Source: Anabaena sp. WA102
GTDB lineage: Bacteria; Cyanobacteriota; Cyanobacteriia; Cyanobacteriales; Nostocaceae
Length of the DNA: 48,000 bases
Direction of reading: 5' to 3'
NCBI RefSeq assembly: GCF_001277295.1
Contig: NZ_CP011456.1
Location: forward strand, 3,867,783-3,915,782
In this document: piece after piece, positions 28,437-38,196 of the stretch
How positions within the stretch are numbered: the first letter of the stretch is position 1
Layout: each line of letters opens with the position of its first letter
Program-made: the position numbers and the translations under genes
The notes under the pieces: model-generated
The model's database searches: none
Told to the model about the DNA's origin: nothing
Seen by the model: only the letters and a program-made list of their open reading frames with translations

Positions 28437-29171
28437 CACAGGAACTTTTGTATTTACACTTAATCTATAAAAATGATTAAACTGCGCTGTATTTACCCAT
28501 GTCGGCATAGTTGCTTGACGTTTTTGCCCAAAGATTTTCTGAAAGTTTGGGTAAGCCTCCCCTGTATAAGCATCCCGCGTGGGGACTACACAACGTTGAC
28601 AAGGGTTAATCCCTAAAAAGCGGACATCTCCCACCTGAAAGGCTACTGTTTCACCACTAGCAGCAAATAAGCCATCTTCCCAAAATGCTGGGACACCATC
28701 AATTTCAATATTGGCACGCATTCGCCGCCGCATTTCATCAACATTGATACCAGGAAACCATGATGCAACCTCTGTTAAGGTGGCTGTACTAATTACCGTT
28801 GCTCCTGATGAATCTGTATCATCAGGAAAACCCATTGTTGTATTTTGCTGTAATTGCACAGGAAAACCCAAAAAATCACTAACAACTGCGGCTAATGCTG
28901 GACGTTCTTCATCTAAATGAAAAACCTGTTCTGAATGTTCACCAGGAAACTTCAGCTTTATCAGCCTTTGTTCTAGGGAAAACTCAGAACGCAACATCAG
29001 GATTTGGGGATAACGCTTCCCATTGACAAACCTATTTTGTGCATCAACAAAAGCAAACTCTCGGTCATACTGAAGTGCGCCACTGGAGAGAATAGTTGCT
29101 TGTTCTACTTCTATACCATCCAGTGACTTGATTGGATATAGCAAGATCTTTGCTAAATATGGGGTTTGCAC
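28386..29171 (-). CDS. MOSC domain-containing protein (N-terminal beta-barrel + MOSC)
   Basis: 261 aa. ILLYPIKSLDG N-terminal barrel motif. NPCQRCVVP contains the conserved MOSC cysteine. Confidence 0.8.
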   Translation of the reverse strand: MQTPYLAKILLYPIKSLDGIEVEQATILSSGALQYDREFAFVDAQNRFVNGKRYPQILMLRSEFSLEQRLIKLKFPGEHSEQVFHLDEERPALAAVVSDFLGFPVQLQQNTTMGFPDDTDSSGATVISTATLTEVASWFPGINVDEMRRRMRANIEIDGVPAFWEDGLFAASGETVAFQVGDVRFLGINPCQRCVVPTRDAYTGEAYPNFQKIFGQKRQATMPTWVNTAQFNHFYRLSVNTKVPVAEAGKMITLGNSVEIY

Positions 29172-29275
29172 TTGAGTTATATAAAAAATTTACACTTCCT
29201 TTTTCATTCTGAAGTCCTGACAAAGGGCGCAGGCCCTGCGCCCCTACCTTCTGAATTCTTCTCTATGACATTGCT

Positions 29276-29932
29276 TTATGGTTGTGGAGATGAATAGGCA
29301 GGAGATTTATCAATTGCACCCATTCTATCGAGAGGCCAAAAACGAACTACAGCCCGACCAATAATATTACTACGGGGAACAACACCCCAACAACGACCAT
29401 CATAACTGTTAGGACGATTATCACCGAGCATGAGGTAGTAATTTTGTGGGATAATTTCTGGTTGAGCCAAGAAAGGAGGCTTAAGTCCACTGCTGTTACA
29501 AGCTTCAACGAACGTTTGTGCAGTAGAGGATAGATAGACATCTTCCCGTAAAGGCTTGCTGTTGATATATACTTTGCCTTCTCTCAGTTCTACTTTTTCA
29601 CCAGGTAAACCAATTACTCTTTTAATAAATGCTTCCCGTTCAGGATTATTCTGTATTTCTTGGGGCGGTAAAAATACTACTATATCTCCCCGTTCCGGTT
29701 CAGCAAATCTATACTTTACTTTATCAACAATAATTTTGTCTGCCTGCCATTGGTCCTTTACACCATGCAGGGTTGGTTCCATTGAACCAGTAGGAATCCA
29801 ACGAGCTTCGGCGACAAAGGTACGAATTCCTAGAGCTAGAAAGATACTCAATATCATCGTTTTAACTAGCTCTACTATCCAGGAGTTATCGGGTTCTTGG
29901 CTAGAGTTTTTATCAGACGCTTGATTTTGCAT
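29276..29932 (-). CDS. lepB: Signal peptidase I
   Basis: 218 aa. N-terminal TM, GSMEPTL (catalytic Ser), KRVIGLPGE (Lys box), GDNRPNSYDGRCWG. Confidence 0.9.
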   Translation of the reverse strand: MQNQASDKNSSQEPDNSWIVELVKTMILSIFLALGIRTFVAEARWIPTGSMEPTLHGVKDQWQADKIIVDKVKYRFAEPERGDIVVFLPPQEIQNNPEREAFIKRVIGLPGEKVELREGKVYINSKPLREDVYLSSTAQTFVEACNSSGLKPPFLAQPEIIPQNYYLMLGDNRPNSYDGRCWGVVPRSNIIGRAVVRFWPLDRMGAIDKSPAYSSPQP

Positions 29933-30214
29933 GAAATTGTTGAAGTATGTTATGAGACTAGTATTGAACTCAGAGGGAGAGACTTGATATTATTAATCTT
30001 AACGAGATGGAGCAGATGGTAGGTAAATAAAGTAAAAAATCTAGTGTTTTTCTTTTATCAGCTACAAACATTCAGGTTTTTAGCTTTCTTAACTATAAAC
30101 ATTTTTTAACACAAAACCAAAATCGCTGATTCTTCGTGCCAATTAAGTTTACCTTAAAGAAAAAGTTATCTATCATCCATAAATAGTTCCTTTATCCTGA
30201 AAAATCTTAAATCC

Positions 30215-31537
30215 ATGTCAAATCCACAAAGTTTACTGATTCGCCACGCTGAAATTATTTTACCCAATGGTGAGTCAATGATTGGCGATGTGTTGATAGA
30301 AGGAAGGCACGTAACCCAAGTAGGACAAGAAATTACTAATGCCACACCCACTTGTGAGATTGACGCACAAGGATTAACTTTGTTGCCTGGTGTGATTGAC
30401 CCCCAGGTGCATTTTCGTGAACCGGGTCTAGAATATAAGGAAGACTTATTTACTGCCAGTTGTGCTTGCGCTAAGGGGGGAGTTACTTCCTTTCTAGAAA
30501 TGCCGAATACAAGACCTTTAACCATTACTCAATCAGCTTTAGATGATAAGTTACAACGGGCAGCCCAGAAGTGCTTAGTTAATTATGGCTTTTTTATTGG
30601 GGCTACGGCGGATAATTTACCAGATTTACTTTCTGCCCAGCCAACACCGGGAATTAAGATTTTTATGGGGTCAATGCACGGAGATTTGTTGGTGAGTCAG
30701 GAAGACTCTCTAGAGGCGATTTTTGCCCAAGGAAGCCGTTTAATTGCTGTTCATGCGGAAGATCAAGCCAGAATTAAGCAACGAAAACATGAGTTTGCGG
30801 GGATTACAGATATGGCTGTTCATTCCCAAATTCAAGATAATCAAGCGGCATTATTGGCTACCCAATTGGCATTAAAACTTTCTAAGAAATACCAACGCCG
30901 GTTACATATTCTGCATATGTCAACCGCAGAGGAAGCGGAGTTACTGCGTGAGGATAAACCAAGTTGGGTGACGGCAGAGGTAACACCACAACATTTACTT
31001 TTGAATACTAATGCTTATAACACTATTGGTAGTTTAGCGCAAATGAATCCACCTTTGCGATCGCCCCATGATAATGAAGTTCTCTGGCAAGCTTTACGTG
31101 ATGGTATCATTGACTTTATTGCCACTGACCACGCCCCCCACACTCTAGAGGAAAAAGCCCAAACTTACCCAAATACCCCTTCAGGAATGCCCGGTGTAGA
31201 GACTTCTTTACCTTTAATGTTAACTGCTGCTATGGATGGAAAATGTACTGTTGCCCAAGTTGTGCAATGGATGTCTAAAGCTGTCGCGGTAGCTTATGGT
31301 ATTGCCAATAAAGGTGAAATCACTCCTGGATATGATGCTGATTTAGTTTTGGTAGATTTAAAAAATTACCATGAAGTTAAACGGGAAGAAGTTGTCAGCA
31401 AGTGTGGTTGGAGTTCTTTTGAAGGTTGGAATTTAACAGGTTGGCCTGTAACAACAATTGTCGGTGGTGAAATTGTTTATAATCATGGTCAGCTAAATAC
31501 ACAAGTTCGTGGACAAGCTTTAACTTTTAAGGGGTGA
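30215..31537 (+). CDS. pyrC: Dihydroorotase (allantoinase-like, multifunctional-complex type)
   Basis: 440 aa. GVIDPQVHFREPG metal-binding HxH, ATDHAPH, typical amidohydrolase layout. Confidence 0.9.
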   Translation: MSNPQSLLIRHAEIILPNGESMIGDVLIEGRHVTQVGQEITNATPTCEIDAQGLTLLPGVIDPQVHFREPGLEYKEDLFTASCACAKGGVTSFLEMPNTRPLTITQSALDDKLQRAAQKCLVNYGFFIGATADNLPDLLSAQPTPGIKIFMGSMHGDLLVSQEDSLEAIFAQGSRLIAVHAEDQARIKQRKHEFAGITDMAVHSQIQDNQAALLATQLALKLSKKYQRRLHILHMSTAEEAELLREDKPSWVTAEVTPQHLLLNTNAYNTIGSLAQMNPPLRSPHDNEVLWQALRDGIIDFIATDHAPHTLEEKAQTYPNTPSGMPGVETSLPLMLTAAMDGKCTVAQVVQWMSKAVAVAYGIANKGEITPGYDADLVLVDLKNYHEVKREEVVSKCGWSSFEGWNLTGWPVTTIVGGEIVYNHGQLNTQVRGQALTFKG

Positions 31538-31588
31538 CAAGGTAGATAAAAATCTTTGTAGATTGCGCTTAATTATTCGATTCCATCG

Positions 31589-31900
31589 GTAGGGGTAAAG
31601 CAAGAGCTTCATTGGTGTTAACTTAACGAGAAAACCCATAATCTCCAAAAACCTAACCCCCCTGCCCCCTTCCCTACCAGGGAATGGGGTTTTCAAAGCC
31701 TCTCCCCGCGTCGGGGAGAGGTTTGGAGAGGGGTCAATTTATACATTCAAAACTTTTCAAACATCCTCTAAACACTCGGAAAATTTATGAGTCCGTTTTA
31801 ACGGACTTGAGCTATGAGACAGGGAATTTATTCCCTGGCGGTTGTGGAAGCCAACAGATCAGCTATTTTTAAATTAAGTTGACACCATTGAAACCCCTAC
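31589..31900. mobile_element. Nested MITE cluster: degenerate copy of the 45490-45796 element carrying a ~132-bp repeat (31638-31769) and the double-hairpin repeat (31790-31840)
   Basis: Arms gtaggggtaaagcaagagcttcattggtgttaacttaa / ttaagttgacaccattgaaacccctac. The inner segment is the reverse complement of 37178-37310. The 31684-31872 ORF is a read-through of these repeats. Confidence 0.75.
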
Positions 31901-32066
31901 ACCTACAGGTTTTTTGTAATCTTACAAAGTCTATTTCCTAACCTTGTTTAGTATAATTCTGTTCCATTATTGTGGTTATTATGATAATATTGCGTATATG
32001 CTGCGTAAATTCTCTGTTTTAAATTAAGATTAAAGCATCAAATTCTGGCAAATATATAATATTATT

Positions 32067-34634
32067 ATGCGAGATCGGATATTAAGTATTTTATTGCTCA
32101 CCTTATCTCTAACTACCACACCCCAGCTTGTATTTGCTCAAAATAGTGTCCAACAGCTATTTAAACAAGGTGAAACAGCCGAATCTGTGGGTGACAATTC
32201 CCAAGCGGAGACGATTTGGCGTAAGGTTTTACAGGTTGAACCCAATAATGGCAAAGCTTATAACAATTTGGGTAATGCTTTACGACGACAGGGAAAACTA
32301 CCAGAGGCTTTAGCAGCACACCAAAAAGCCCTACAACTCAATCCTAATGATGCAGAAGCCTATGTTGGTATAGGTAATGTCCTAAATGCTCAAGGTAAAC
32401 AAGAAGAGGCTTTAGCGTTTTATAAAAAGGCTATCCAACTTAATCCTAAATTAGCTATTGCTTACTACAATCTTGGCATTGCCCTGTATGACCAGAATAA
32501 ATTAGATGTGGCTGTTGCTGCTTTTCAAAAAGCTATACAACTTAATCCTAAATTAGCTATTGCTTACTACAATCTTGGCATTGCCCTGTATGACCAGAAT
32601 AAATTAGATGGGGCTGTTGCTGCTTACCAAAAAGCTATACAACTTAATCCTAAATTAGCTATTGCTTACTACAATCTTGGCATTGCCCTGTATGACCAGA
32701 ATAAATTAGATGGGGCTGTTGCTGCTTACCAAAAAGCTATTGAATTTGACCCCAAAGATGCTACTGCTTACTACAATCTTGGCTATGTATTGTATGAGCA
32801 GAAGAAATTAGATGAGGCCGTTACTGCTTTCCAAAAAGCTATTGAACTTGATCCTAAATTAGCTATTGCTTACTACAAGCTTGGCATTGCTCTGAGTGAC
32901 CAGAAGAAATTAGATGCGGCTGTTGTTGCTTTCCAAAAAGCTATTGAATTTGATTCCAAATATATTAGTGCTTACAATGGTCTTGGCATTGCTCTGAGTG
33001 ACCAGAAGAAATTAGATGCGGCTGTTGCTGCTTTCCAAAAAGCTATTGAATTTGACCCTAAATATGTTATTGCTTACTACAATCTTGGCATTGCCCTGTA
33101 TGACCAGAAGAAATTAGATGCGGCTGTTGTTGCTTTCCAAAAAGCTATTGAATTTGATTCTAAATATGTTAGTGCTTACAATGGTCTTGGTAATGCACTT
33201 TATGTCCAGAAGAAATTAGATCCGGCTGTTACTGCTTTCCAAAAAGCTATTGAACTTGACCCTAAATTAGCTATTGCTTACTACAATCTTGGTAATGCCC
33301 TAAGTGACCAGAAGAAATTAGATACGGCTGTTGCTGCTTTCCAAAAAGCTATTGAACTTGATCCTAAATATGTTAGTGCTTACAAAGGTCTTGGTAATGC
33401 TCTGAGTGACCAGAAGAAATTAGATGCGGCTGTTGCTGCTTTCCAAAAAGCTATTGAAATTGACCCTAAATATGTTAGTGCTTACAATGATCTTGGCATT
33501 GCTCTGAGTGACCAGAAGAAATTAGATGCGGCTGTTGCTGCTTTCCAAAAAGCTATTGAACTTGACCCTAAATTAGCTATTGCTTACAATGGTCTTGGCA
33601 ATGCCCTGAGTGACCAGAAGAAATTAGAAGAGGCTGTTGCTGCTTACCAAAAAGCTATTGAACTTGACCCTGAATACGCTAATGCCAACTACAATCTTGG
33701 CATTGCCCTGAGTGACCAGAATAAATTAAATGCGGCTGTTGCTGCTTTCCAAAAAGCTCTATCATTACCAGAAGATACTTCGGTAACGCCAACAACTGCC
33801 CATACTCTTGCAAATAATGGTTTAGGTTTAGTATTGCAAGACCAAGGTGAGTTGAAAGAAGCCATAAAATATTTTGACAAGTCAGAAAAACTCGACCGCG
33901 ATTATATATATGCCCGTAACAACAATACAGAAGCACGTCGCTTATGGATTGAAAAAACAAATAATCTTGCCAGTGTAGATGATGATAGGCAATGGTTGCC
34001 CAAAAATGACCCAAATCTATCTGTTAAGCGTTCTGTGGTACGCATCACTGCCAAGTTTTCTACCATGCAGCGTCAGGGAATTGAGATTGGTACTGGTGTA
34101 GTTATCCAGCGAGATGCTAACCGGATATTAATCCTCACTAATCGTCATGTGATTTTTGATGGCAATGAACAGGGTGAAAATATTCAAGTGGAATTTTTCA
34201 GTTCACCACCATCAGACCGCGTGCGAATGCGACGAAATGCCAAACTATTCAAAACGACTTCTACAGAGGATGAACTTGATTTAGCTATTTTAGAAGTTAC
34301 CGATAAACTGCCAGAAGATATCCAACCTTTATCAATTTCTAGTACCCTGACCCCCGCAATGCCTATTCAAATTATCGGTAATGATGCCCAAACAGGTGAA
34401 GATAAATCATGGACTGTAAAATCAGGAAAAATCAGTTATCAGAACCAACAATTAAAAATATCTGAAGCCGCACTCAGACCTGGTTACTCTGGCAGTCCTG
34501 TGATAAACTCAGAAAATCGCATTATAGGCATAGTTTATGCCCAAAAATCAGGTAAAAAGCAAGATTTTGCCTATCCTATATCTGTAGTTAAAAAACAACT
34601 ATCCATTTGGAAAATTAATTTAGCCAAACAATGA
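32067..34634 (+). CDS. Secreted multi-TPR protein with C-terminal trypsin-like (S1/Trypsin_2-type) serine protease domain
   Basis: 855 aa. Signal peptide. ~15 consecutive 34-aa TPR units (AYYNLG.AL..Q.KLD.AV.A.QKAI.L.PK). C-terminal triad candidates NRHV, DLAILEV, GYSGSPV. Confidence 0.8.
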   Translation: MRDRILSILLLTLSLTTTPQLVFAQNSVQQLFKQGETAESVGDNSQAETIWRKVLQVEPNNGKAYNNLGNALRRQGKLPEALAAHQKALQLNPNDAEAYVGIGNVLNAQGKQEEALAFYKKAIQLNPKLAIAYYNLGIALYDQNKLDVAVAAFQKAIQLNPKLAIAYYNLGIALYDQNKLDGAVAAYQKAIQLNPKLAIAYYNLGIALYDQNKLDGAVAAYQKAIEFDPKDATAYYNLGYVLYEQKKLDEAVTAFQKAIELDPKLAIAYYKLGIALSDQKKLDAAVVAFQKAIEFDSKYISAYNGLGIALSDQKKLDAAVAAFQKAIEFDPKYVIAYYNLGIALYDQKKLDAAVVAFQKAIEFDSKYVSAYNGLGNALYVQKKLDPAVTAFQKAIELDPKLAIAYYNLGNALSDQKKLDTAVAAFQKAIELDPKYVSAYKGLGNALSDQKKLDAAVAAFQKAIEIDPKYVSAYNDLGIALSDQKKLDAAVAAFQKAIELDPKLAIAYNGLGNALSDQKKLEEAVAAYQKAIELDPEYANANYNLGIALSDQNKLNAAVAAFQKALSLPEDTSVTPTTAHTLANNGLGLVLQDQGELKEAIKYFDKSEKLDRDYIYARNNNTEARRLWIEKTNNLASVDDDRQWLPKNDPNLSVKRSVVRITAKFSTMQRQGIEIGTGVVIQRDANRILILTNRHVIFDGNEQGENIQVEFFSSPPSDRVRMRRNAKLFKTTSTEDELDLAILEVTDKLPEDIQPLSISSTLTPAMPIQIIGNDAQTGEDKSWTVKSGKISYQNQQLKISEAALRPGYSGSPVINSENRIIGIVYAQKSGKKQDFAYPISVVKKQLSIWKINLAKQ

Positions 34635-34637
34635 GTT

Positions 34638-35378
34638 ATGAATTATAAAATTCTGCTTGCCAGCCTATTAATTCTCAGCATTAATCCTCTATCTGCTGTT
34701 GCCTATTGTCCAAAAGGAAATCCCAGTTCTACAGATTATATCCGCCGCCAACCACCCAACCGTTGTGAAGGTGTCAAACTTGAACCGATAAGCGGTAATA
34801 GCTTGAGTTTAATTTCCATTGCTACCCGCAATATTGCCAATTATGAGAAAACCCTAACCTTACTAGTTCCCCGCATCAAGAATGGTAAAAATCCTCAAGT
34901 GATAGTCAAATCATTAGATGATAGTTATCACTATCAATTAGATGATTTACTATTATCTAACAATGGTGCAAATTTTGGCTTTAGCTGGGATACTTACGTT
35001 CTCAGACAAGCTAAGATACCTGCAAATAAACTTCGTGCTGTAGCATCCTATAGCCTGGGTTCTCAAAATGTCTATGTTCCCGTTACATTGGGAAAAACTT
35101 CTGGTAAATATGAATTTGTTTTTTATTCTCAAGATCGAGTCGAATTTACCAGCGTAAAAATCGTCCCTCTCACAGATAAAAAAGATCAAAAGCCTGTATA
35201 TAGTACATCTCGCACTACCCCCAATAGTGGTGAAATTAGTTTTATATGGGATGGAAGTAAAGCTCCTACGGGACGCTATAAGTTACATTATATTGCTTTT
35301 ATTGACCGAATTAATGAACCCAGCGATCGCATTGAAAAGGAAATTGTATTTGAACATAACCCAACTTGGTTAAAATAA
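34638..35378 (+). CDS. Secreted hypothetical protein (signal peptide, predicted all-beta), operon partner of the TPR-protease
   Basis: 246 aa. MNYKILLASLLILSINPLSAVAYC leader. Starts 3 nt after the upstream stop. No family recognised. Confidence 0.6.
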   Translation: MNYKILLASLLILSINPLSAVAYCPKGNPSSTDYIRRQPPNRCEGVKLEPISGNSLSLISIATRNIANYEKTLTLLVPRIKNGKNPQVIVKSLDDSYHYQLDDLLLSNNGANFGFSWDTYVLRQAKIPANKLRAVASYSLGSQNVYVPVTLGKTSGKYEFVFYSQDRVEFTSVKIVPLTDKKDQKPVYSTSRTTPNSGEISFIWDGSKAPTGRYKLHYIAFIDRINEPSDRIEKEIVFEHNPTWLK

Positions 35379-35381
35379 ATC

Positions 35382-36638
35382 ATGGGATATCGGCAAAAAG
35401 ACAGACAGAAATCTTCTCACAATTCCAGATTTAGTAAGATTAAGAACTTTATTATTACTAAGTCTGGTTTAATTCGGACAAAATTTAATAATATTAATCA
35501 TAATTTTCTCCAGCAATTGCCAAATCTAAAACAATATCTAATCCAGCAAAAATCATCTTTCTTGGTGATAATATTGCTTGTGGTTTTATGTATTATTACT
35601 ATTGCGGCTATTGTCCCTGGAAGTCATATATTTGAAGGTAATCTTATTTTTAAAGAAATGAGTTTTACTTATGATGATAATCAACCTAAACTTTTTATCG
35701 GCAATATTAAAAATATTAAAGAACTAGAAACCGAAGGTAAGCAAAAATTAACTTTTACTGGCAGTTTTCAAAGTGAATCTTTACCAGAAATTAATAAATT
35801 AAATTCCTTAGAAATCCAACTTACAGAACGGGAAAGTAAAATAATTATTACTCCAGCCAATTCTAATATAGAAAGCGAAATTAATCTCAAGGAATTACGA
35901 CTACAACCACAAACAAGAATAGCTAGACTAAATTATGATTTTTATCGTCAACAATTAGCTTTTTCTCTGCTTCCCAATTCTCAAAATAATCCCAATCCCT
36001 TAGAAATATATTTAGGTGAACAGCCTATCAAAGTTATTATAGAAGGCTATAAAATCCCTAGTTTAAAATTACCAAAATCACAAGATGATCAAGCACAATT
36101 AGAGTTTATTGTCAACCCCAATAATAAAGAATTTACCTTTAAAATTCAAGAAAATACTGATATTTATCTTACTCTATCAAAACCGCCAAAATATGAATCA
36201 GAACAATGGTTTAGAGGCAAAATAAAAACTAAAGATGTCACATTTACTCACGTAGATAAAAATGGTGGCAACCTGAGAGATGATTTAGAAATATCTACCA
36301 TTGTCGAAGGTAAAATTCGCATGGCAGAACAGGATAGAGAAATTAAAGAAAATCAGTTTCTGATGGGAGAAGACACTAATAAACCGTTAAATATTCAACT
36401 TATCCGCAATCTGCAAATAATATCTGATAAAAAAGGTATAGAAGCACGTTTTTCTGGTAAAACCAAACAAATTCAAATTGGACTAGATCAAGATTTTCCT
36501 GTTTCTAGTATCCAAGGTAGTTGGTTAGATGGGGTGCTACCTCGTGATGCCATTATTGCCCTATTTTCCTTTGGCGCTGCTACAGTTGCCAATCTTCTTT
36601 CTTGGTTATTTAGTAACACCAATTCCCGCAATCCATAA
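35382..36638 (+). CDS. Hypothetical membrane protein (basic N-terminus, TM near aa 60-80, large external domain, C-terminal TM)
   Basis: 418 aa. Starts 3 nt after the upstream stop. No family recognised. Confidence 0.6.
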   Translation: MGYRQKDRQKSSHNSRFSKIKNFIITKSGLIRTKFNNINHNFLQQLPNLKQYLIQQKSSFLVIILLVVLCIITIAAIVPGSHIFEGNLIFKEMSFTYDDNQPKLFIGNIKNIKELETEGKQKLTFTGSFQSESLPEINKLNSLEIQLTERESKIIITPANSNIESEINLKELRLQPQTRIARLNYDFYRQQLAFSLLPNSQNNPNPLEIYLGEQPIKVIIEGYKIPSLKLPKSQDDQAQLEFIVNPNNKEFTFKIQENTDIYLTLSKPPKYESEQWFRGKIKTKDVTFTHVDKNGGNLRDDLEISTIVEGKIRMAEQDREIKENQFLMGEDTNKPLNIQLIRNLQIISDKKGIEARFSGKTKQIQIGLDQDFPVSSIQGSWLDGVLPRDAIIALFSFGAATVANLLSWLFSNTNSRNP

Positions 36639-36700
36639 TATTTGTTTAACAGGAGAATGTTTAATTATATCAAGTCCGTTGTTCGTACCTCAAAATTAAA

Positions 36701-37129
36701 TTAATTTACAGCAATAATTTCGGCTTGACGGCTGCCATTTTCACCATAGTTTAAACATACCTTTAAGTAACTATCTGGTAGATATGGCATTCGTTCAGCC
36801 CATTCAATGGCGACAATTCCCGGTGTTACTTCTATGCCTTCCCAGTAACTTTCTAGATTCAAGCCTGTCACTTCTTGAGGTTCTAGACGGTATAAATCCA
36901 AGTGATAAAGGGGAATGCGCCCTTCTGGGTACTCATTAATCAAAGTAAAAGTAGGACTAACAATAGAGTCAATTATTCCCAAACCTTTACCAATCCCTTG
37001 GACTAAGGTAGTTTTACCAGCACCTAAATCACCTTCTAGCAAAATCACACTTCCAGCAGTCAAAGTTTCTCCAAGGGTAATACCTAATTGCTGTGTTGCT
37101 TCTATATCTGGAAGGAAAATTTTATTCAT
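36701..37129 (-). CDS. tsaE: tRNA threonylcarbamoyladenosine (t6A) biosynthesis ATPase TsaE
   Basis: 142 aa. GDLGAGKTTLVQG P-loop, SPTFTL, HLDLYRL motifs. Confidence 0.9.
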   Translation of the reverse strand: MNKIFLPDIEATQQLGITLGETLTAGSVILLEGDLGAGKTTLVQGIGKGLGIIDSIVSPTFTLINEYPEGRIPLYHLDLYRLEPQEVTGLNLESYWEGIEVTPGIVAIEWAERMPYLPDSYLKVCLNYGENGSRQAEIIAVN

Positions 37130-37171
37130 TGGTAATTGGTAATTGGTAATTGGTAATTGGTAATTGGTAAT
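37129..37171. repeat. STRR heptamer tract (TTGGTAA)n abutting the tsaE start codon
   Basis: cattggtaattggtaattggtaattggtaattggtaattggtaatg. The cat at 37127-37129 is the tsaE ATG. Confidence 0.85.
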
Positions 37172-37177
37172 GTCTAA

Positions 37178-37310
37178 GAGGGTGTTTGAAAAGTTTTGAA
37201 TGTATAGACTGACCCCTCTCCAAACCTCTCCCCTGCAAGGGGAGAGGCTTTAAAACCCCCATTCCCTTGCAGGGAAGGGGGGTAGGGGGGTTAGGTTTTT
37301 GGAGATTACT
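37178..37310 (-). repeat. ~132-bp dispersed repeat (inverted copy of 31638-31769)
   Basis: Reverse complement reads ...atctccaaaaacctaacccccctacccc...gcctctccccttgcaggggagaggtttggagaggggtca...caaaacttttcaaaca, matching 31638-31769. A partial copy lies near 8486-8520. Confidence 0.8.
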
Positions 37311-37339
37311 GGTTTGATATAATACTTTTTAAACAACCT

Positions 37340-38140
37340 CTAAGCATTATCCAGTGTATCGGGATTAACGCCTAAATCACGCAACAGTTGTCCTAGTTGT
37401 TCAACTTTTCTTTTTGCTTCTATTGTTTCTTGTTCAGCAAGAATAACTCTTTCATTAGCCGCAGCCGCTTCTTCTGTTGGTTCAGGAATTAATTCTCCTG
37501 TTAGTGTGAACCACCTTAACCATGACTTGGGAATATCTCGAAATGTCCCTTGCCATAATCCCAAACTTAAACCTAATTCTGGCATTGGTAAGCGTCCTTC
37601 AATCATATTCATAGGTTCATAATGACCACCTACTAACTGAAATGCGCGGACTTCATTGGTGTAGCGGCTAAAAACAATATAGTAAGGAATTCTTAAAATC
37701 CGTTCATAAACTTCCCATTTTGTGGGAGGTTTACCTATCTTACTTTCCCTATTACCTAAATCTTCATCTTCTGTACCAGGAGATAATAATTCTACAACTA
37801 CAAAAGGGTTTGCTGGTTCTTGCCAAGTGACATAACTTAAACGTAAATCTTGACCATTATATAATTTTGGGACTCCTACTACACCAAACCAATCTGGGCG
37901 TTTATACCATAAAGGATTTTGCAGATCATAATAAAGATTCAGATCAGCCGCACTATAAACAATTTCTGGATTCCAGTTTATGGGTTGAAATGTTAAATAT
38001 AAAAGTAAAGGTTGTAAAAAATGAAAGTCGTCTGGCAAGCCTTTTTCCTCTGGGTTCTCGCTAGGTAAATCATACATTGTCGGTAAAGTTTCCCAAGGGG
38101 GAAGGGGTGGTTCAGTTTGAGAAATGATCGAAGAAGTCAT
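37340..38140 (-). CDS. Uma2-family (DUF820) putative restriction-endonuclease-like protein
   Basis: PTMYDLPSENPEEKGLPDDFHFLQP...VVELLSPGT pattern typical of cyanobacterial Uma2 proteins. Start at MTSSIIS (38140) chosen to avoid overlap with the upstream gene; the ORF track extends to 38227. Confidence 0.75.
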   Translation of the reverse strand: MTSSIISQTEPPLPPWETLPTMYDLPSENPEEKGLPDDFHFLQPLLLYLTFQPINWNPEIVYSAADLNLYYDLQNPLWYKRPDWFGVVGVPKLYNGQDLRLSYVTWQEPANPFVVVELLSPGTEDEDLGNRESKIGKPPTKWEVYERILRIPYYIVFSRYTNEVRAFQLVGGHYEPMNMIEGRLPMPELGLSLGLWQGTFRDIPKSWLRWFTLTGELIPEPTEEAAAANERVILAEQETIEAKRKVEQLGQLLRDLGVNPDTLDNA

Positions 38141-38196
38141 AAATATTTTAGGTTGGTAATTGGTAATGGGGAAATATATTTCCCCGTCCCCAGTTT

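Noticed and set aside
31684-31872. 62-aa ORF MGFSKPLPASGRGLERG...
   Set aside because: It is a translation of nested repeat elements: the same DNA recurs inverted at 37178-37310 and at 429-479. It is not a gene.
32420-33760. Regular 102-bp repeats, which could superficially suggest a CRISPR-like or satellite array
   Set aside because: The period is exactly 34 codons inside one long ORF and translates to canonical TPR motifs. There are no unique spacers.
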